Part shown: positions 59,413-64,000 of the stretch, piece after piece | Layout of the letters: each line of letters starts with the position of its first letter | How positions within the stretch are numbered: the first letter of the stretch is position 1 | Assembly (NCBI GenBank): GCA_001662655.1 | Contig: KV460233.1 | Source: Pseudogymnoascus verrucosus | Taxonomy: Eukaryota | DNA: 64,000 nt | Strand: one strand, 5' to 3' | Made by a program: the position numbers and the translations under genes | Notes under the pieces: model-generated | Database searches by the model: none | Told to the model about the DNA's origin: nothing | The model's input: the letters and a program-made list of their open reading frames with translations, nothing else

Positions 59413-60165
59413 ATGGCGCAGCCGGCTGTAGGAGCGGAGAAGGCGCAGACGGCGATTGCGACGGATGCGGATCCGACGAGAGGGATGCCGTATCATGATA
59501 AGTTGACGGGGGAGCTGAAGCAGGCGATTATGAAGAGGAGGGTGTTGGAGAGGAATATTGTTGGTCTCCCCGCCCCACTTCACCTTTCATGTTTGTGGTT
59601 GATGTGTTGGGAGACTTTGGATGGACTTGGGGGCAGTTGGTGCAGGAGTACAAGACAGTTGGCTAACGGATTTGTAGATGGCGCTGGATGAGACGATTTA
59701 CAAGAAGGAGGGGGAGTACCTCGAGGACACGCCACATGGGAATGTGTTGACGGGGTTTGACAACTATATCAAGAGCATAACGAGCAATGCCGTTGGGAGG
59801 AGGAAGCAGGGCGTCAGCGAGAACGATAGGGTGTTTTCGCGGAGCAGCGTCAGGCTGGCGGATTTCATGGTATGGACACAAATCCCCGTCTCCTTGCTTG
59901 CCACTTCACCGAAGATGCCGTGGAAAGTACACTGCTGATATTCATGTCTTGATAGGATTCTCCCGGCGGGCTGTCAACGCAGACTACACCTTCAGGGGCA
60001 CCAACACCCATTTCAGCTGGGTTTGGGAGAGAGGGGAGTGGGAATGCGACGCCTACGAGCGCTACTGCTCGCGCTGGAAAGAAGAAGCGCGGAAAGGGGG
60101 AGGGGGACGATAGTGAGATGGAAGAGAGAGAGGGGAAGAAAGCGAGGGCGGGTGCGAGAAAGTAG
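59413..60165 (+). CDS. EAF6: NuA4 histone acetyltransferase subunit Eaf6; 3 exons
   Basis: ELKQAIMKRRVLERNI|MALDETIYKKEGEYLEDTPHGNVLTGFDNY...DRVFSRSS. Confidence 0.92.
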
Positions 60166-61234
60166 AGGAGGCAGTGGGTGGGTTCATCTGGCGTATTGGC
60201 AATGGGGATGGGGCGTTACTGGGTGGGAAGGGTTGGGTGGTGTCGGTGGCGATAGAGGAATCTTTCGAGTCTGGGGAAATGCGGTGTGAGAGCTGCAGCT
60301 GCAGTGATGATATGCAGTGATGCGCGAGTTTGGATCGTCTCTGCTGGCCCGCCAAGCGCGATGACAAGCTTTGAACGTGGCTGGTAACCAAGAGTCATAC
60401 TATCAGTCATATCATGCAGCTCAGCTCAGCCATACTGATGGCTGTGAAGCTTGTTCTTTATATCGAACGCGAAGAGGAGTCACAATAAATAACGTCATTG
60501 TAATGTTATTTGACAGTAATCTGACAATTAGTATACGTCTGATATATGTAATCAACGTGAAAATAAGAAGTTGTCGTTAGTTAATCCCCGAATATCACCT
60601 TTTTCTCTTCGTCATGGGAATGATGGGGGAGCCTTGGGATGGGGGGCCTGGACTAGCGGCTAAATTTAGTTGGTACGTGCTTCGCCGGCGCAAAATAAAA
60701 AGTTTTAATGGGATTTTTATATCTCCAGTGGCGAATGGGCAAAAAGAACCAGAGAAACAAACACTCAACGATAAATGTAAAATACAAACTGGCCTTACAT
60801 ATTACAGAATGACTCTGATATTTGCCCCCCGTAGTCACAAATGTAATTATAGTTTGTTGTAGTCTGGCGATAACCAGGGGAGTGAACTTCTTAGCTCGCT
60901 TAACCCGATCGCCTCCGTCCCTAGTGCTAGTGGCGCACTTTTTCTGGTGAGGCAAAAAAACTTCATATTAAAGTAACTTCAGCTTGTTCACAACACAACC
61001 TCACCACTTTCAAAACAACAACAACTCCAAAAAGAACAACCCTACCCTAGATCCTTCAACTCTCGTTCTTGAGAGTTTTGGCATCTAGCTTTTTCACCCC
61101 AACAACCTCACCAACAAGTCGCAGAGTCTCGCTCTCCGACTTTTCAAGCCCCCCACCTTTTCCACCAACTCCTTCGCATTTCTAGATTTCAAGCTCAGCT
61201 TGAATCTAGAATTCCTCAAGCCTTTTCCGCAAAC

Positions 61235-62325
61235 ATGGCTTCCACCGATAAGGGTCTCGAGGAGATCCCAGAGGGTAAGATACACCCCTTTTGGACGATA
61301 CTGGGTCGCGATTTGTTGTTGAACTGGGGCTGACAACATCATCAACAGGACAGATCGAGTCCAACTACGATGAGACCGTCGACTCTTTCGATACCATGGA
61401 CCTCAAGCCCGAGCTCCTCCGTGGTGTCTACGCCTACGGTTTCGAGCGCCCATCTGCTATCCAGCAGCGCGCCATCATGCCAGTCATCAAGGGTAAGGAT
61501 CTCACAACAACAAAAATCTTTTTCGCCACGACGCGACTAACAACATAACAGGACACGATGTGATTGCCCAGGCCCAGTCCGGTACCGGAAAGACCGCCAC
61601 CTTCTCCATCTCCGTTCTCCAGAAGTTGGACCCCAACATCAAGCAGTGCCAGGCCCTCATCCTTGCACCAACCCGTGAGTTGGCCCAGCAGATCCAGAAG
61701 GTCGTTGTCGCCATCGGTGACTTCATGAACATCGAGTGCCACGCCTGTATCGGTGGTACCTCCGTCCGTGATGACATGAAGGCTCTCCAGGAGGGTCCTC
61801 AAATCGTTGTCGGTACCCCCGGTCGTGTCCACGACATGATCCAGCGCCGTTTCCTCAAGACCGACTCCATGAAGATGTTCGTTCTTGATGAGGCCGATGA
61901 GATGTTGTCGCGCGGTTTCACCGAGCAGATCTACGATATCTTCCAGCTCCTTCCTCAATCCACCCAGGTCGTTCTCCTGTCCGCCACCATGCCCCAGGAC
62001 GTCCTTGAGGTCACCACCAAGTTCATGCGCGACCCCGTCCGTATCTTGGTCAAGAAGGCCGAGCTTACCCTTGAGGGTATCAAGCAGTTCTACATCGCGG
62101 TTGAGAAGGAGGACTGGAAGCTCGACACCCTGTCGGATCTCTACGAGACCGTCACCATCACCCAGGCTGTCATCTTCTGCAACACCCGTCGCAAGGTCGA
62201 CTGGCTTACCGACAAGCTCACTGCCCGTGATTTCACCGTCTCTGCCATGCACGGAGATATGGACCAGGGTCAGCGTGACCTGATTATGAAGGAGTTCCGT
62301 TCCGGATCTTCCCGTGTCCTGATCG

Positions 62326-62362
<37 letters not shown>

Positions 62363-62564
62363 AGTTTCCCTGGTCATCAACTACGATCTGCCCGCCAACC
62401 GTGAGAACTACATTCACAGAATCGGTCGTGGTGGACGTTTCGGACGTAAGGGTGTTGCCATCAACTTCGTCACCGCTGATGATGTCCGCATGATGAGAGA
62501 GATTGAGCAGTTCTACAGCACCCAAATCGAGGAGATGCCAATGAACGTTGCCGACCTCATCTAA
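61235..62564 (+). CDS. TIF1: Translation initiation factor eIF4A (DEAD-box helicase); 3 exons
   Basis: [49 protein letters not shown] and [13 protein letters not shown]; strong codon bias. Confidence 0.98.
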
Positions 62565-63517
62565 GCGCCTTTCTCCAACTATATTACACATAATATTCGG
62601 TATATTCACGTATTCGACGCCCAATTCTGTGTTTGCTTTTGATATCGAGTCTCGAGATTTGAAGTATCCTGTATTTGGAAGGTTGGAGTCTCTCCTAGCG
62701 GAGGGCCGTGAGAGTGAGCGGTGATGCTGGTTCGCCCGGCCCGTGAGGAAAAGCATCTAAGTGGGAATTGTTCTGGGGGCGATCACTTTTGTGACATGGC
62801 AAAAAAGGGCCTATCTCGACAAAAGGTGGAATCGCTATTTCTTTTTGTTTTCGAAATATGAGTGCGCACGGTAGAAGGGGGCCATTCGAATCGCGTATGC
62901 TTGGCCCTCCTTTTCTCGCGATCGCCAACCATCATCGTTCTCGACGTCTCTGCTGTTTGGTTGTTTTTATGAAACTTTGCACAACTGGGAGCAGGCGGGC
63001 AAAAAATATAGAAGGCTCGAGTGTGCTGCTATGGATGATAATGAGCGAGGATTTTTCCGAAGAATGAAACGTGATGAGAGTCATGACTTTTTCTTTTTTG
63101 GGGAGAGACGCCTTTATGCTGCGTATGATGGAAGGGTTTCCTCCTTCACACCAATTGAAAAAATTCAATAAAAAAAAGACCAATTCGAGTGAAACATGTT
63201 GATGTTGAATTGTATTTACATATTATGTATGGCTTTCGTAGGTTATGTCAACTTTGATTTATCTTGAATCGATGCTGAGTTTATATTCGTTTATCTCGAG
63301 GCTGTCGTGCCTTCCCAAGCGTACAGCCCGGTCTTTCCATTTTAACGTACCTTCCAAACGTACAGTCCGTTCCTTCCATCCCAACGACGCGTTATCCCTC
63401 TTCATCACCACATCTATCATTCAACCCCCCCTGCCTCCAGATATCCTAGAGCCAGATCTCTGTACTTGATCTCGTTCAAGTCCCATCGAGCAGGTCTGCA
63501 GAAGTCACCAGGTTACA

Positions 63518-64000
63518 ATGCCCAGGATATTAGACCTGCCGGATCCCAACCTACCCTTCTCCATAATATACAATTACTTTTTCGAACGCTACAATAAAGA
63601 ATTGAAAGCAGAGCTGACAGTCCTCACCGAGGCCGACAAGAAGAGGGAGGTCGAGATACAAACCCTGAGGGAGAAGGTTGAGGAAACCCTACCTGCGCAG
63701 CTGCAGCAACTGGTCGAAAGTAGTGTGAAGTCTGCCGAAAAGCTCAGAGTCGACATAGACATGTTCAAAGAGGAGACCAGGGCGTTGTTGGTAACCCAGG
63801 CTCAGGAGTTCAGCCGTACCTTCAAAGAATCCGACGAGAAGCACAAGGTTGAGAAGCAAAATCTCATAGATGAGCTGCAAGCTATGAAGAGGAAGTGCGA
63901 CGAAATGTCTCAGCGTGTCGAAGCTCTCGAGAAGGCAATGCAGGACATGGGTGAGACTTGCTATATTCAGTTTGTGCTCTGAGTAACAATACTGAATAGA
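63518..64000 (+). CDS. Hypothetical coiled-coil protein, probably continuing past an intron (~63951) off the right edge
   Basis: E/K/Q-rich heptad pattern; GTGAGA donor at 63951. Confidence 0.6.

Noticed and set aside
61434..62756. 440-aa ORF antisense to eIF4A
   Set aside because: Shadow ORF expected from the strong codon bias of a highly expressed gene; no recognisable protein features.

Overview
Eukaryotic, intron-rich window from a filamentous ascomycete (Pezizomycotina). The gene style suggests a Leotiomycete such as Pseudogymnoascus, but the sequence alone cannot confirm this. About 30 genes or gene relics are present. The left ~22.5 kb looks accessory. It holds an FAH-hydrolase/MFS-permease divergent pair, a signal-peptide-less CAP(PR-1) fusion gene, a perfect hairpin with telomeric repeats, and a kelch (nitrile-specifier-like) / Zn2Cys6 / ferroportin / CDF group. 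It also carries TpA-rich RIP-like tracts, several broken genes, an intronless Cps1-like GT2 and a frameshifted phosphotransferase-like gene. The right ~41 kb is mostly core genes: SGS1, a PWI/SRRM1-like splicing factor, PCD1 Nudix, FAHD1, GH12, acylphosphatase, Tls1/C9orf78-like, a CH-domain protein, KAR9, EAF6 and eIF4A. An ankyrin protein and a large repeat-rich orphan lie among them. The best candidate for an undescribed system is the putative iron/metal module at 6.7-15.2 kb. No tRNA, rRNA, CRISPR array or intact transposase was recognised. All family calls come from recalled motifs, not database searches.
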